64,000 nt of DNA from an uncultured Candidatus Saccharibacteria bacterium (GTDB lineage Bacteria; Patescibacteriota; Minisyncoccia; Phycocordibacterales; Phycocordibacteraceae). The notes under the pieces were generated by a model. It saw nothing but the letters and a program-made list of their open reading frames with translations, ran no database searches and was not told the origin of the DNA. Location: NCBI GenBank assembly GCA_964569655.1, contig CAZMTN010000001.1:64542-128541 (forward strand). Reading direction: 5' to 3'. The translations under genes and the position numbers were made by a program. Numbering within the stretch: the stretch's first letter is position 1; every line of letters starts with the position of its first letter. Of the stretch, positions 37,540 through 46,825 are shown piece after piece.

Positions 37540-38217
37540 ATGAACCGAATCAATAGAAAATCTCAAGAGAGGATTATTGCGCTGAGAAAGACAGGGCACA
37601 GCATCCTTGAAATAGTGGCCATAACGGGAATCGCTCAAAGCACTGTCCGCCGATATGTGCTTGGCGTAGAAGTACCAGAGGAACACCGGATGGCTCTCCG
37701 CCAGAAGCAGGGAGGGGCGAAAGACCGAGCAGAGGGTCGGAGGGCGAGTGTGCGAGCGGAGATCATACCTATGCTAGGGAGCGTAGCTACGCGAGACCTG
37801 TTCTTCCTGCTCATAGGCATTTACTGGGGCGAAGGGACTAAGAAGGATTTGTCCCTCATTAACTCGGATCCACGTCTCATCCAGACATTTATTCGATGCC
37901 TGATCGAAATCGGAATCACGCGAAGCCGCATCACTCTCTCCCTAAGAGTCCATAAGGACATTCCTCTTGATAGGGCCAAGAAATTCTGGTCCGAGGCGAC
38001 GGGTCTATCGGAGGATCGCATAACGAGGATCGAAGTCATAGAAGGCAAGAAGAAGGGAAAGCTCCCCTTCGGCATGTGCCGAGTTCGTGTTAGCTCCGGC
38101 ATACGGGAGAGGCTCAGGATCCAGACCGCGATATCCATAGTTGGCGCGGAATCAGAAAGGTGGTTAATATCACCAGGACGCTCCCGTCGTTCAATGGATA
38201 GGACAGAGGTTTCCTAA
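37540..38217 (+). CDS. HTH + LAGLIDADG-like homing-endonuclease-like protein, low GC, 3' end overlapping tRNA-Arg
   Basis: N-terminal transposase/Psq-like HTH (ERIIALRKTGHSILEIVAITGIAQSTVRRYV). A degenerate LAGLIDADG-type motif LLIGIYWGEGTK is followed by the fold's typical hydrophobic pattern. Local GC is about 48%. The last 12 codons and the stop lie inside tRNA-Arg. Confidence 0.45.
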   Translation: MNRINRKSQERIIALRKTGHSILEIVAITGIAQSTVRRYVLGVEVPEEHRMALRQKQGGAKDRAEGRRASVRAEIIPMLGSVATRDLFFLLIGIYWGEGTKKDLSLINSDPRLIQTFIRCLIEIGITRSRITLSLRVHKDIPLDRAKKFWSEATGLSEDRITRIEVIEGKKKGKLPFGMCRVRVSSGIRERLRIQTAISIVGAESERWLISPGRSRRSMDRTEVS

Positions 38218-38254
38218 ACCTCTAATCTAGGTTCGACTCCTAGCGGGAGCACCA
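38180..38254 (+). tRNA. tRNA-Arg (anticodon CCT), CCA encoded
   Basis: GCTCCCG acceptor, anticodon loop TTCCTAA, T-arm CTAGGTTCGACTCCTAG, 3' CGGGAGC-A-CCA. Confidence 0.9.
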
Positions 38255-38274
38255 GTACGGTATAATCGAGCCAT

Positions 38275-38529
38275 ATGGACCAAGAACTCAAGGACCTCCT
38301 CGAAGAGAATCTCCGCGTCTCCCGGGAGACGAATAAGATATTGCGCTCCCTGCGCTCGCAGGCGCGCTGGAGCCTCGTAGGAAAGATCATCCTCTGGGTG
38401 GCGCTCATCATCGTGCCGCTCTACTTCCTCATCCCGTTCATCAACACCTATATGGACGTCCTCGAGAACTCTGCCCAGAGCAATCCGGACATCCAGAAGC
38501 TCATCGACCAGTACCGGGAGCTCCAGTAG
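38275..38529 (+). CDS. hypothetical small membrane protein (84 aa)
   Basis: Coiled N-terminus plus one TM (IILWVALIIVPLYFLIPF). TATAAT at 38261-38266 ends 8 nt before the ATG, suggesting a leaderless mRNA. Flanked by tRNA-Arg and tRNA-Phe. Confidence 0.4.
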   Translation: MDQELKDLLEENLRVSRETNKILRSLRSQARWSLVGKIILWVALIIVPLYFLIPFINTYMDVLENSAQSNPDIQKLIDQYRELQ

Positions 38530-38565
38530 TGAAGGAAAAGGAGGGCTGTGGTACGATGCACGCAC

Positions 38566-38641
38566 GCTTGGATAGCTCAGTTGGTAGAGCACTTCCCTGA
38601 AGAGGAAGGGGTCCCCGGTTCGAGCCCGGGTCCAAGCACCA
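38566..38641 (+). tRNA. tRNA-Phe (anticodon GAA), CCA encoded
   Basis: GCTTGGA acceptor, D-arm GCTCAGTTGGTAGAGC, anticodon loop CTGAAGA, T-arm CCGGGTTCGAGCCCGGG hmm-free manual fold gives T-stem CCGGG/CCCGG, 3' TCCAAGC-A-CCA. Confidence 0.9.
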
Positions 38642-38662
38642 AAGGCAGGGTATAGTAGGGGA

Positions 38663-39736
38663 ATGAAGCAGTGGTTCGACTGGATCGCGCGCAACGAAGC
38701 GCGGCTCTCAACGGCGGTATTCGTCGCCGGTTTCGTCGTGGACAACGTGGTCTACACCCGCATCGACCTCCCGTGGGTGCACTCGTTCTTCGTCTCGTTC
38801 CTCATCGGGGCGGCCCTCTGCATACTTATCAGCCACGTGTTGCGCCACGAGCAGCCGGATGCGGCGCCCTCATACCGACGCCCATTCCATACGCTCGTCC
38901 CAATCGCTGGGCAGTTCTTTATCGGGGGACTTCTCTCCGGCTGCGTGATCTTTTACCTGAGGAGCGCCAGCCTCGTCACGAGCTGGCCCTTCCTCCTCAT
39001 TCTCGCGGTGGTCTTCATCGGCAACGAGGTCTTCAGGAAGTACCACCAGCGCCTTGAGTTCCAGGCCATGCTCTTCTTCTTCACGCTCTACGCGTACGCG
39101 ATCTTCGCCCTCCCGATCTCGTACGGCAAGATGGGGTCATTGGTATTCCTCGGCAGCGGGCTCGCCGCGGTCACCGTCTTCGCGGTCTTCCTGGGTCTCC
39201 TGTGGATCGTCGGATCGAAGCGGCTCATGCAGAGCATGAAGCGCATGCTCTTCGCTACCGTTGGCATCCTGATCATCGTGAACGCCTCCTACTTCGCCGG
39301 CATCCTCCCGCCGCTCCCGCTCGTGCTCAAGGACGCGGGCATCTACCACTCCCTCACTCGCGTTGGAGCGGACTACCAGGTAGGGGCCGAATCCCAGGAC
39401 TGGAACCCGCTTACGCGGACGCTCATCCATCACGTCCCAGGGCGCCCGCTCTACGCCTACAGCGCCGTATTCGCGCCCGTGAAGCTCAATACGCCCATCG
39501 TGCACCGCTGGCAGCGCTACGACGATGCGAGCGGCTGGGTGACCGTAGCGGCCCTCAGCTTCTCCATTTCGGGCGGCCGGGACGGGGGCTACCGCGGCTA
39601 CAGCATCGTGACCCCGACGGAGCCCGGCTACTGGCGCGTATCCATAGAGACGGAGAACGGCTCGGTTCTCGGGAAGGAGCGGTTCTACATAGAGAGCGTC
39701 CCGGCTCCGGTACCGGTGCACCTCGAGACGAAGTAA
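38663..39736 (+). CDS. polytopic membrane protein with a C-terminal beta-rich extracytoplasmic domain (DUF2914-like, tentative)
   Basis: Six or seven TM helices, then RWQRYDDASGWVTV...GYWRVSIETENGSVLGKERFYIE. TATAGT ends 6 nt before the ATG. Confidence 0.5.
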   Translation: MKQWFDWIARNEARLSTAVFVAGFVVDNVVYTRIDLPWVHSFFVSFLIGAALCILISHVLRHEQPDAAPSYRRPFHTLVPIAGQFFIGGLLSGCVIFYLRSASLVTSWPFLLILAVVFIGNEVFRKYHQRLEFQAMLFFFTLYAYAIFALPISYGKMGSLVFLGSGLAAVTVFAVFLGLLWIVGSKRLMQSMKRMLFATVGILIIVNASYFAGILPPLPLVLKDAGIYHSLTRVGADYQVGAESQDWNPLTRTLIHHVPGRPLYAYSAVFAPVKLNTPIVHRWQRYDDASGWVTVAALSFSISGGRDGGYRGYSIVTPTEPGYWRVSIETENGSVLGKERFYIESVPAPVPVHLETK

Positions 39737-39757
39737 AAGCCCCTTCCGGGGCTTTTT
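39735..39757. terminator. bidirectional rho-independent terminator
   Basis: AAAAGCCCC-TTCC-GGGGCTTTT lies between the convergent stops at 39736 (plus) and 39760 (minus). Confidence 0.65.
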
Positions 39758-39759
39758 AC

Positions 39760-40251
39760 TTATCCTGCCTTCACCTTTATCTTAGTTTGGCGGGCTTTAT
39801 CGTGCTGGGGGAGGATGATGGTAAGCAAGCCGTCCTTCGCGGTAGCGGAGGAGTTCTCCACGTCGATCTCCTGCGGAAGGAGGATGGTGCGCGAGAACGC
39901 GCCCCAGAAGAGCTCGCGCGTGAAATAGTCTGCCTCGGAGACCTGTGTGCGTTCCTCGCGGGATCCCTCGATGACCACCATGTCGCGGCTGATGGAGACG
40001 TTGAGCTCGTCCGCTTTGACGCCTGCGACGAATGCGCGGATGACGATATCGTCCGCGGTCTGGTACACGTCCACCGGCAGCTGGCCCTCGCTGCTATCGT
40101 CGTCGTGTATCGCGCGAGAAGGGGCCGAAGAGCGGCTCATGACGACCTCTCGCGGCTGTGCCGGCATGTCATCGTCGAACGGATCGTACTCTCCCGCCGG
40201 CACGGAGCCGGAGAGTCGTTCGAAGAAGGAGCGTTTTTTGTTAGGAGCCAT
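39760..40251 (-). CDS. Hsp20/alpha-crystallin small heat-shock protein
   Basis: Alpha-crystallin domain (VDVYQTADDIVIRAFVAGVKADELNVSI ... GLLTIILPQ). 163 aa. Confidence 0.85.
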   Translation of the reverse strand: MAPNKKRSFFERLSGSVPAGEYDPFDDDMPAQPREVVMSRSSAPSRAIHDDDSSEGQLPVDVYQTADDIVIRAFVAGVKADELNVSISRDMVVIEGSREERTQVSEADYFTRELFWGAFSRTILLPQEIDVENSSATAKDGLLTIILPQHDKARQTKIKVKAG

Positions 40252-40257
40252 GCAGGT

Positions 40258-40977
40258 TTAGGGATTGTCTTTTAATACGTACCGGTACTCGTAGGATTTC
40301 AGTACTTCAAACAGGGCGAAGAATACGATGATCCCGGTCCAGACGGTGAAAAAGGCGGCGATGGTGGTCGAGCCGTCTTCAGAAATTATAAGGAAATTGA
40401 ATATCGCATGCAACGCGACCGCAAGGATAAGTCCCGCGGACGCGAAGAGCACGCGCACGGAACGCGGCTTCCCGAACGAGAATCCCATGGCGAATCCGAT
40501 GGCAGAAGACGCCACCACATGGAGGAGCGTCGAGCCGACGAAGCGCAGGTTCCCGGTCATGAGGCCGTCCACCCAGTTGCCGGCGGCAAGCGGCGAGAGG
40601 AGGAAGAGCGCGTTCTCGAGCGCGGCGAAGCCGAGCGCGCCCGTGAGCATGTAGATCACGAGGTCTATCGGCTCATCCACGCACTTGCGCCAGAGCACCA
40701 CGGCACCGACCATGCCGTACTTGAGGACCTCCTCGAGGATGGCCCACGCGAGGATGACGTTCGAAGGGGTAGGCTGCGCGCAGCCGCTCAGAAGCATGCA
40801 CGCGAAGCGCTCGAGCGGGAGCGCGAGCAGAACCGCACCCATGCCGGCGAGGAAGGTGAGCGCGATCATATGCTTCGGCTCAGGCGCGCGCGCGTCCTCC
40901 CGTAACAGGAAGAGCAGCCAGAAGAGCGCCGGCAGTATCCCTCCGATCGAGGCATACATGATGACGGAGGCGGTCAT
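40258..40977 (-). CDS. PrsW-family intramembrane protease
   Basis: Conserved EEVLKYG, FAALENALF and HAIFNF motifs in a 6-7 TM protein. Confidence 0.75.
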   Translation of the reverse strand: MTASVIMYASIGGILPALFWLLFLLREDARAPEPKHMIALTFLAGMGAVLLALPLERFACMLLSGCAQPTPSNVILAWAILEEVLKYGMVGAVVLWRKCVDEPIDLVIYMLTGALGFAALENALFLLSPLAAGNWVDGLMTGNLRFVGSTLLHVVASSAIGFAMGFSFGKPRSVRVLFASAGLILAVALHAIFNFLIISEDGSTTIAAFFTVWTGIIVFFALFEVLKSYEYRYVLKDNP

Positions 40978-41008
40978 GCCTCCATTCTAGCAGGGGTGCG
41001 TTGCGGAA

Positions 41009-43156
41009 TTACTGCGGCCACTGTGCAGTCATGAGGAGATCGCTGCGCTCTGCGAGCCGCGCTTCCTCAGGAAGGGACTGCCAGATCTCTTCCGTGATGA
41101 ACGGCATGAACGGATGGAGCGCCTTGAGGAGCATGTCGAGGATGTGCGCGAGCGCGGCCTGGCGGGACGCCTTCGCTGCCATGTCGTTCCCGTACAAAAT
41201 AGGCTTCGACTCCTCGAGGATGGTATCCGCGAGGCGATGCCAGGCGTAGTGGTAGAGCTTCTCGCTCGCGAGGTAGAGGCGGTAGCTCTCCATGTCGGCG
41301 GTGACGTCCTTGATCACCTCGAGGCACTCCTGCTTGAGCGTCTCGTCCGCCGCGGTGAGCGGAGCAGATACATCCATGCCCTTGCTGTTCTCGAGGATGA
41401 AGCGGGTGATGTTCCAGAGCTTGTTGCCGAAATGCTTGTATCCCTTGATGCGGTCCTCGGAGAGCTTCAGATCGGTTCCGGGCGTGTTGCCGACCAGAAG
41501 CGCCATGCGGGCCGCGTCCGCGCCGAACTTCGCGGTGATATCGAGGGGATCCAGGTTATTGCCCAAGGACTTGGACATCTTGCGCCCTTGCGCGTCCCGG
41601 ACGAGGCCGTGGAAGTAGACCGTCTTGAAGGGAATGTCCTCGAGCGCGTACTGCGTCATGAGGATCATGCGGGCTACCCAGAAGAAGATGATGTCGTGGC
41701 CGGTCTCCAGAAGATCGGTCGGGTGGTAGTCCTTCAGGTCAGCAGTCTCTTCCGGCCAGCCGAGCGTGGAGAAGGTCCAGAGGCCCGAGGAGAACCACGT
41801 ATCGAGCGTATCCTCATCCTGGCTCCAGCCCTCTCCGCTCGGCGCCTCGCCGACCGCGATCTCATCGCCCTTGTACCAGACTGGAATACGGTGTCCGTAC
41901 CAGATCTGGCGGCTGATGCACCAGTCTCGGAGGTTCCCGATCCAGTGGAAGTACGTCTTATCGAAATAGTCCGGCAAGATGACGATCCTGCCGTCTTTCA
42001 CCGGCTCGAGCATGAGCTCCTTCAGCGACTTGCCGCGTCCCGGGACCTCCTTGCTCACGTCGATGAACCACTGGAGCTTCGGGAGCGGCTCGATGATGCC
42101 GCCCGTGCGCTCCGCGGTGGAGACGCTCTGCTTGATGTCCTCCTCCTTCTCGAGGAGGCCTTCGCTCCGGAGCCACTCGGCAACCAGCTCACGCGCATCG
42201 GTGGTTTTCTTGCCGCTCAGGCGGCCCTCGACGGTCATCTTCGCGTACTCATTGATGACCACCTTATCCTTCGGGAGGCCGTGGCGCTCCGCGATATCCC
42301 AGTCCGCCTGGCTGTGCGCGGGCGTCACGCCGAGCGCGCCTGTGCCGAATTCCGGATCTACCTCCTTGTCCGCGACGATCTTCACGCGGATGGGGACGTC
42401 GCAGAAGACCGCGTCGTATTCCTTGCCGACAAACTCGGTATAGCGCTTGTCATCCGGGTGGACGGCAACGGCGACGTCGCCGACTTTCGTTTCGAGGCGC
42501 GTGGTGGCTACAGGGATAGGGAAGTCCTTCGAATATTTAAAGGTATAGAGCTTGCTGGCGCGCTCTTCGTAGACGATCTCATCGTCCGAGATGGTGGTCT
42601 GGCCCTTCGGGTCCCAGTTCACGATGCGGTTGCCACGGTAGATGAGACCGTCGTCGTACATCTTCTTGAAGACCGTGCGGACGGCCTTCGAGCGCTTCTC
42701 GTCGAGCGTGAACGCCTCGCGGGACCAGTCGAGCGAAGTGCCCATCACCTTCATCTGGCTCACGATGGTGTCGTGGCTCTGAGTAGCGAACTCGCCGATA
42801 CGCTTCAGAAGCTCCTCGCGGCCGAGGTCGTGGCGGCTCTTATCCTCATCCTTCTTGATCTGCTTCTCGACTACCGACTGCGTCGCGATAGCGGCATGAT
42901 CGGTGCCGGGCACCCAGAGCGCGCGGAAGCCCTTCATGCGCTTGTAGCGGATGACGGTGTCCTCGACCGCGAGCATGAGTGCATGGCCCATGTGCAGGCG
43001 TCCGGTGACGTTCGGGGGAGGCAGCACCATGGAGAAGGTGGGGGCGTCCTTAGGCGCCGTATCCGGGTTGAATGCGCCGCTCTCCTCCCACTGGGCGTAG
43101 ATGCGTGCCTCAGTCTCGTGCGGCTGGTAGGGCTTTAGGAATTTCTCAGGCACCAT
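41009..43156 (-). CDS. valS: valine--tRNA ligase (short form lacking the C-terminal coiled-coil)
   Basis: HMGH (PNVTGRLHMGHA) and KMSKS motifs, editing domain, 715 aa. The antisense ORF 41114..43138 is an artefact. Confidence 0.95.
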   Translation of the reverse strand: MVPEKFLKPYQPHETEARIYAQWEESGAFNPDTAPKDAPTFSMVLPPPNVTGRLHMGHALMLAVEDTVIRYKRMKGFRALWVPGTDHAAIATQSVVEKQIKKDEDKSRHDLGREELLKRIGEFATQSHDTIVSQMKVMGTSLDWSREAFTLDEKRSKAVRTVFKKMYDDGLIYRGNRIVNWDPKGQTTISDDEIVYEERASKLYTFKYSKDFPIPVATTRLETKVGDVAVAVHPDDKRYTEFVGKEYDAVFCDVPIRVKIVADKEVDPEFGTGALGVTPAHSQADWDIAERHGLPKDKVVINEYAKMTVEGRLSGKKTTDARELVAEWLRSEGLLEKEEDIKQSVSTAERTGGIIEPLPKLQWFIDVSKEVPGRGKSLKELMLEPVKDGRIVILPDYFDKTYFHWIGNLRDWCISRQIWYGHRIPVWYKGDEIAVGEAPSGEGWSQDEDTLDTWFSSGLWTFSTLGWPEETADLKDYHPTDLLETGHDIIFFWVARMILMTQYALEDIPFKTVYFHGLVRDAQGRKMSKSLGNNLDPLDITAKFGADAARMALLVGNTPGTDLKLSEDRIKGYKHFGNKLWNITRFILENSKGMDVSAPLTAADETLKQECLEVIKDVTADMESYRLYLASEKLYHYAWHRLADTILEESKPILYGNDMAAKASRQAALAHILDMLLKALHPFMPFITEEIWQSLPEEARLAERSDLLMTAQWPQ

Positions 43157-43177
43157 ATCTCCGGACTATACCAGATT

Positions 43178-44341
43178 CTAAGCCGTTTTCCCGAGGGAGA
43201 GATTGCCGTTCGCCTTGAGGGCGCCTGGGTCTGCGAAATCCTGCCTCAAGGCCCGATAGAAGCCAGCAAGCGCGATCATGATGGCGTTATCAGTAGTGAG
43301 GTCAGCGGACGGGATGCGCAGCGATACGTCGGTGAGCTGCTCCTCGAATACGCGACGGATATGGATGTTAGCGGAAACGCCGCCGCCAATGACTACGGTC
43401 CTCGCTCCCGTCTCCTCGACCGCACGCTCGGTCTTCTTGAGCAGCACTTCTGCTACCGCGTTCTCGAACTCATGCGCGACATGCTGCTTGTTCGCGTCCG
43501 GATTATTCTTCAGAAGGTAAAGCACGGCAGTCTTGAGGCCGGCGAAGGAGAAGTCGCAGGAATTCGAATCCAGCATCGGACGGGGAAGCGCGATCGGGTT
43601 GATTCCGCCGCACATGCGCGCATCTTCCGCGAGCTTCGAGATCTCCGGCCCGCCCGGGTACGGGAGCCCAAGCATGCGGGCGACCTTATCGAACGCTTCG
43701 CCGACAGCATCGTCTCGCGTCTGTCCGATCATCTCGTATGAAAGCCACTCCTTCATGAGCACGAGCTCCGTGTGCCCGCCGGAGATGAGGAGGGCGAGCA
43801 CAGGCATCTCGATATCCCTGATAGCGAGGCCTGTGTCAGTCTTCTTCGCGAGCGCGGAGAGTATGTGCCCCTCCATATGATTCACGGCGACAAGCGGCTT
43901 GTTCCAGAGTATCGAGAGCGCACGCGCGAAATTGATGCCCACCCAGAGCGCCGGCTCCAGTCCTGGACCTGCGGTTACCGCGATGGCGTCTATGTCCGGC
44001 ACCTCGCACTCCTCGACGAACTCGAAGAACGCAGCTTCGAGCCCCGGCTCCCGCTCAAGGAGCCGGATTATCTCCGCACGCGTTTCATCCGCGATGATCT
44101 GTTTGTCTTCATGCAAAAGCTCCGCTTCCTCGAGGGCGGCTTCAAGCAGCGGCACGAGGTTCTTCGCATGCTCGCGCTTGGCGAGCGCCGGGAAGACGCC
44201 GCCGTATTCCTTATGGATATCTATCTGGGAGAGGAGTGCGTTCCCGAGGACGCGGAACTCCGCAGCCTGCTCGTCGCCGGTCCCCTCAAGGATGGCGATC
44301 GCGGTCTCGTCGCAGGAGGTCTCTATCGCGAGGACTTTCAT
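43178..44341 (-). CDS. tsaD: tRNA N6-adenosine threonylcarbamoyltransferase TsaD (Kae1/YgjD family)
   Basis: MKVLAIETSCDETAIAIL start at rc 44339-44341, HxxH-type metal site (AVNHMEGHI) and the Kae1 fold. The ATG overlaps the upstream stop (ATGA). Confidence 0.9.
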   Translation of the reverse strand: MKVLAIETSCDETAIAILEGTGDEQAAEFRVLGNALLSQIDIHKEYGGVFPALAKREHAKNLVPLLEAALEEAELLHEDKQIIADETRAEIIRLLEREPGLEAAFFEFVEECEVPDIDAIAVTAGPGLEPALWVGINFARALSILWNKPLVAVNHMEGHILSALAKKTDTGLAIRDIEMPVLALLISGGHTELVLMKEWLSYEMIGQTRDDAVGEAFDKVARMLGLPYPGGPEISKLAEDARMCGGINPIALPRPMLDSNSCDFSFAGLKTAVLYLLKNNPDANKQHVAHEFENAVAEVLLKKTERAVEETGARTVVIGGGVSANIHIRRVFEEQLTDVSLRIPSADLTTDNAIMIALAGFYRALRQDFADPGALKANGNLSLGKTA

Positions 44342-45195
44342 CAGTCGTCGACAGGTTTGCCCTTGATGAACTTCCACGGCATCGGCTTATCGAAGCCGAG
44401 GCGGAAGCCGGCGCTGTTCGGGTGCCCGCTGCTGCCGTACTTGGCGGCGATGTCGGCGACGTTCACCGTCCCGTCCCCGCGGATGGAGACGCCGAGCCCT
44501 TCCGGGTGCGCGGACACGACGAGCGCGAACGGGCCCTTCTTCTTTGCGAGAATATTCCCGATGAGGGACTTGAGCGGCTTCAGCGGGTGCGCGGTAGCGA
44601 AGTAGACCTCGTGACCCTCGAATTCGACGAGCTCCGCGTTCTCGACCGCGATCTCAGCGAGGAGCTCGAAGTACTCCTTGTACGCGTTCGCGACCCCGAG
44701 GAGCTCTTTGCGGCTCGAATCGCCGGCGAGCGCCTTCGCGACGCTATCCCAGAACGCGAACGAGAGCGGATGCGCGGTGAGGTACGTGAGTACCGCGCGG
44801 GTATCTTGCAGTTTGAAACGGAAGAGATCATCGTCCTCGACGTAGCGGATCAGCTCCGGGATCTCGGTATCCGGATGGAAATACGCCCACGCGATGGACG
44901 CGCCCGAGCGGTTCGGGTCGTAGACATGGTTCGGGTAGGAGGTGGCGACGCTCTCCACGCCCTCGTGGTGGTCGAGCACGGTGAAGGACGCCGCCTGGGC
45001 GGCGATAGCGTCCATCTGATCCTTCGGGAAGCAGAAGTCGATCATATAGACATCCTTTCCAGAGACGTCTCCCTCGAACGGCTTGCCGTGCTTCTGCGGC
45101 AGGTATTCCGCCTCGTCCCCGAACTTCTTCCAGGCGCTGTATGCGCCCCCGAATCCGTCTGGGCAGTCTCCGTGGTAGAGGATCGCGGTCTTCAT
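44341..45195 (-). CDS. DHH/DHHA1 phosphoesterase (NrnA-like nanoRNase/pAp phosphatase)
   Basis: ATG at rc 45193-45195 (MKTAILYHGDCPDGFGG). DHH motif VLDHHEG and DHHA1 GGHPNSAG. The long 5' extension of the track ORF (to 45735) is R-rich artefact. Confidence 0.8.
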   Translation of the reverse strand: MKTAILYHGDCPDGFGGAYSAWKKFGDEAEYLPQKHGKPFEGDVSGKDVYMIDFCFPKDQMDAIAAQAASFTVLDHHEGVESVATSYPNHVYDPNRSGASIAWAYFHPDTEIPELIRYVEDDDLFRFKLQDTRAVLTYLTAHPLSFAFWDSVAKALAGDSSRKELLGVANAYKEYFELLAEIAVENAELVEFEGHEVYFATAHPLKPLKSLIGNILAKKKGPFALVVSAHPEGLGVSIRGDGTVNVADIAAKYGSSGHPNSAGFRLGFDKPMPWKFIKGKPVDD

Positions 45196-45203
45196 ATCGA
45201 TAA

Positions 45204-46067
45204 CTATCGCACGAACCGTACGTAAATGCCGGCGGGTATGACGCGTTCGGAGCCACTCTCCTTGATAAGGAGCTCTCCCGATTCTCCCTCCACCTTCCCG
45301 AAGACGCTCTCCACCGCCTGCGCGAAGGAGCGGGACGCGTAGCCTGCCGCATACCCGTTCACGAGGAAGAATGCGCCCGGCTTCTCGGCAAGGAGCTCCT
45401 TCAGTACCGGAAGGAGTTCCGGCAGATGCTCCTCGATGTGCCACACCTCTCCTTTGGCTCCGCGGCCGAACGCAGGCGGATCGAGGATGATGCCGTCGTA
45501 CTTCACGCCGCGGCGCACTTCGCGTTTCGCGAAGGCGAGCGCGTCGTCGAGGATCCAGCGGATGCTGTCTCCCGGGATTCCGGAGAGTGCAGCGTTCTCC
45601 TTCGCCCACGTGATCGACTGCTTCGACGCGTCCACGTGCGTTACGAATGCGCCTGCTTTCGCGGCCGCTACGCTCGCGATGCCGGTGTACCCGAAGAGGT
45701 TCAGTACCTGCGGCTTCTCGAGCTTCTGGATGCATCCCGTCGCCCAGGCCCAGTTAGGCGCCTGCTCGGGGAAGATGCCGGTATGTTTGAAGGCCGTGAG
45801 CTTCGCATGCGCGCGGATATCGCCGTAGGGGACTTCCCAAGACTCAGGAACCGCTTTGCGCTTATCCCACGATCCGCTCTTATCGCGGAACATGAAGGCA
45901 GCATGCGCGGCTTCCCAGGCTTCCGGATCCCGCTTCAGCCAGACCGCCTGGGTCTCAGGACGAGCGACGATCACCTCGCCGAAACGCTCGAGCTTCATGT
46001 TGTCTCCGGAATCGAGGAGCTCGTACCCGGCAGAGGTCTCAGTGATGAGGTGCTTGTCGTAGATCAT
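45204..46067 (-). CDS. class I SAM-dependent rRNA methyltransferase (RlmI/RlmK-like, PF10672-type)
   Basis: SAM-binding VLNLFGYTGIASVAAAKAGA...HVDAS and DPPAFG motifs. Confidence 0.7.
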   Translation of the reverse strand: MIYDKHLITETSAGYELLDSGDNMKLERFGEVIVARPETQAVWLKRDPEAWEAAHAAFMFRDKSGSWDKRKAVPESWEVPYGDIRAHAKLTAFKHTGIFPEQAPNWAWATGCIQKLEKPQVLNLFGYTGIASVAAAKAGAFVTHVDASKQSITWAKENAALSGIPGDSIRWILDDALAFAKREVRRGVKYDGIILDPPAFGRGAKGEVWHIEEHLPELLPVLKELLAEKPGAFFLVNGYAAGYASRSFAQAVESVFGKVEGESGELLIKESGSERVIPAGIYVRFVR

Positions 46068-46825
46068 AGGGACTCAGGATGGCGCGCGCTCCACGCGAAG
46101 AAGACGATGCCCGCTGATACGGCGGCATTCAGGGACTCGGTGCGCGCATGCATCGGGATGGAGAGCGTGATATCGCAGGCCTCGAGCGTCTTCTCTCGGA
46201 TGCCTTTGCCCTCGTTGCCGATCACGATCGCGGTCGGCGCATCGAATTGCTCGTCGGAGAGCTTCACCGAGCCCTCCATGTCGAGGCCATAGATCCAGAA
46301 GCCCTTCTTCTTCAGCACTTCGAGCGTGTTATTCACGTTCCCGATGGAGACGAGCGGGATGCGGAAGGTCATGCCGGCTGAGGTCTTGATGACCGTGCCC
46401 GTAATGCCTGCTTGGTTGTGTTCCGGGATGAGGACGCCTGCGAAGCCGAACGCCGCCGCCGAGCGGATGATGGCGCCTACGTTATGCGGGTCCTGCACTT
46501 CGCCGAGTACCGCGACGGCCGGCTGCTTAGACATATCGAGCGTGTCCAAGAAGTCGTGCAGGGAAAGGAGGAGCTTGCTCGGGTCGATGGTGGCGATGAC
46601 GCCCTGGTGGCTCGCGTCGCGTCCGACGGCATCGGTAGCTGCGCCCTTCGAGAGCTCCGCTACGGGGATATCGTGCTCCTTGAGGAGCGCGTGGAGCTCG
46701 GGATCGGTGATGTCCGGCGCGAGGAACGCCTTCTTCACGACGTCCGGACGGCTCAAAAGCGCCTCGGCGAGGGCATGCTTTCCGTAGAGATACACCTTCT
46801 CGCTCCGACCCTCTTTCGATTTCAT
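46064..46825 (-). CDS. SpoU/TrmH-family RNA 2'-O-methyltransferase (RlmB-like)
   Basis: SPOUT motifs (LGEVQDPHNVGAIIRSAAAFG, IVIGNEGKGIR, SLNAAVSAGIVFF). The true ATG (MKSKEGRS...) at rc 46823-46825 shares its A with the CCA of tRNA-Val. The track's 5' extension is the tRNA itself. Confidence 0.8.
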   Translation of the reverse strand: MKSKEGRSEKVYLYGKHALAEALLSRPDVVKKAFLAPDITDPELHALLKEHDIPVAELSKGAATDAVGRDASHQGVIATIDPSKLLLSLHDFLDTLDMSKQPAVAVLGEVQDPHNVGAIIRSAAAFGFAGVLIPEHNQAGITGTVIKTSAGMTFRIPLVSIGNVNNTLEVLKKKGFWIYGLDMEGSVKLSDEQFDAPTAIVIGNEGKGIREKTLEACDITLSIPMHARTESLNAAVSAGIVFFAWSARHPESL

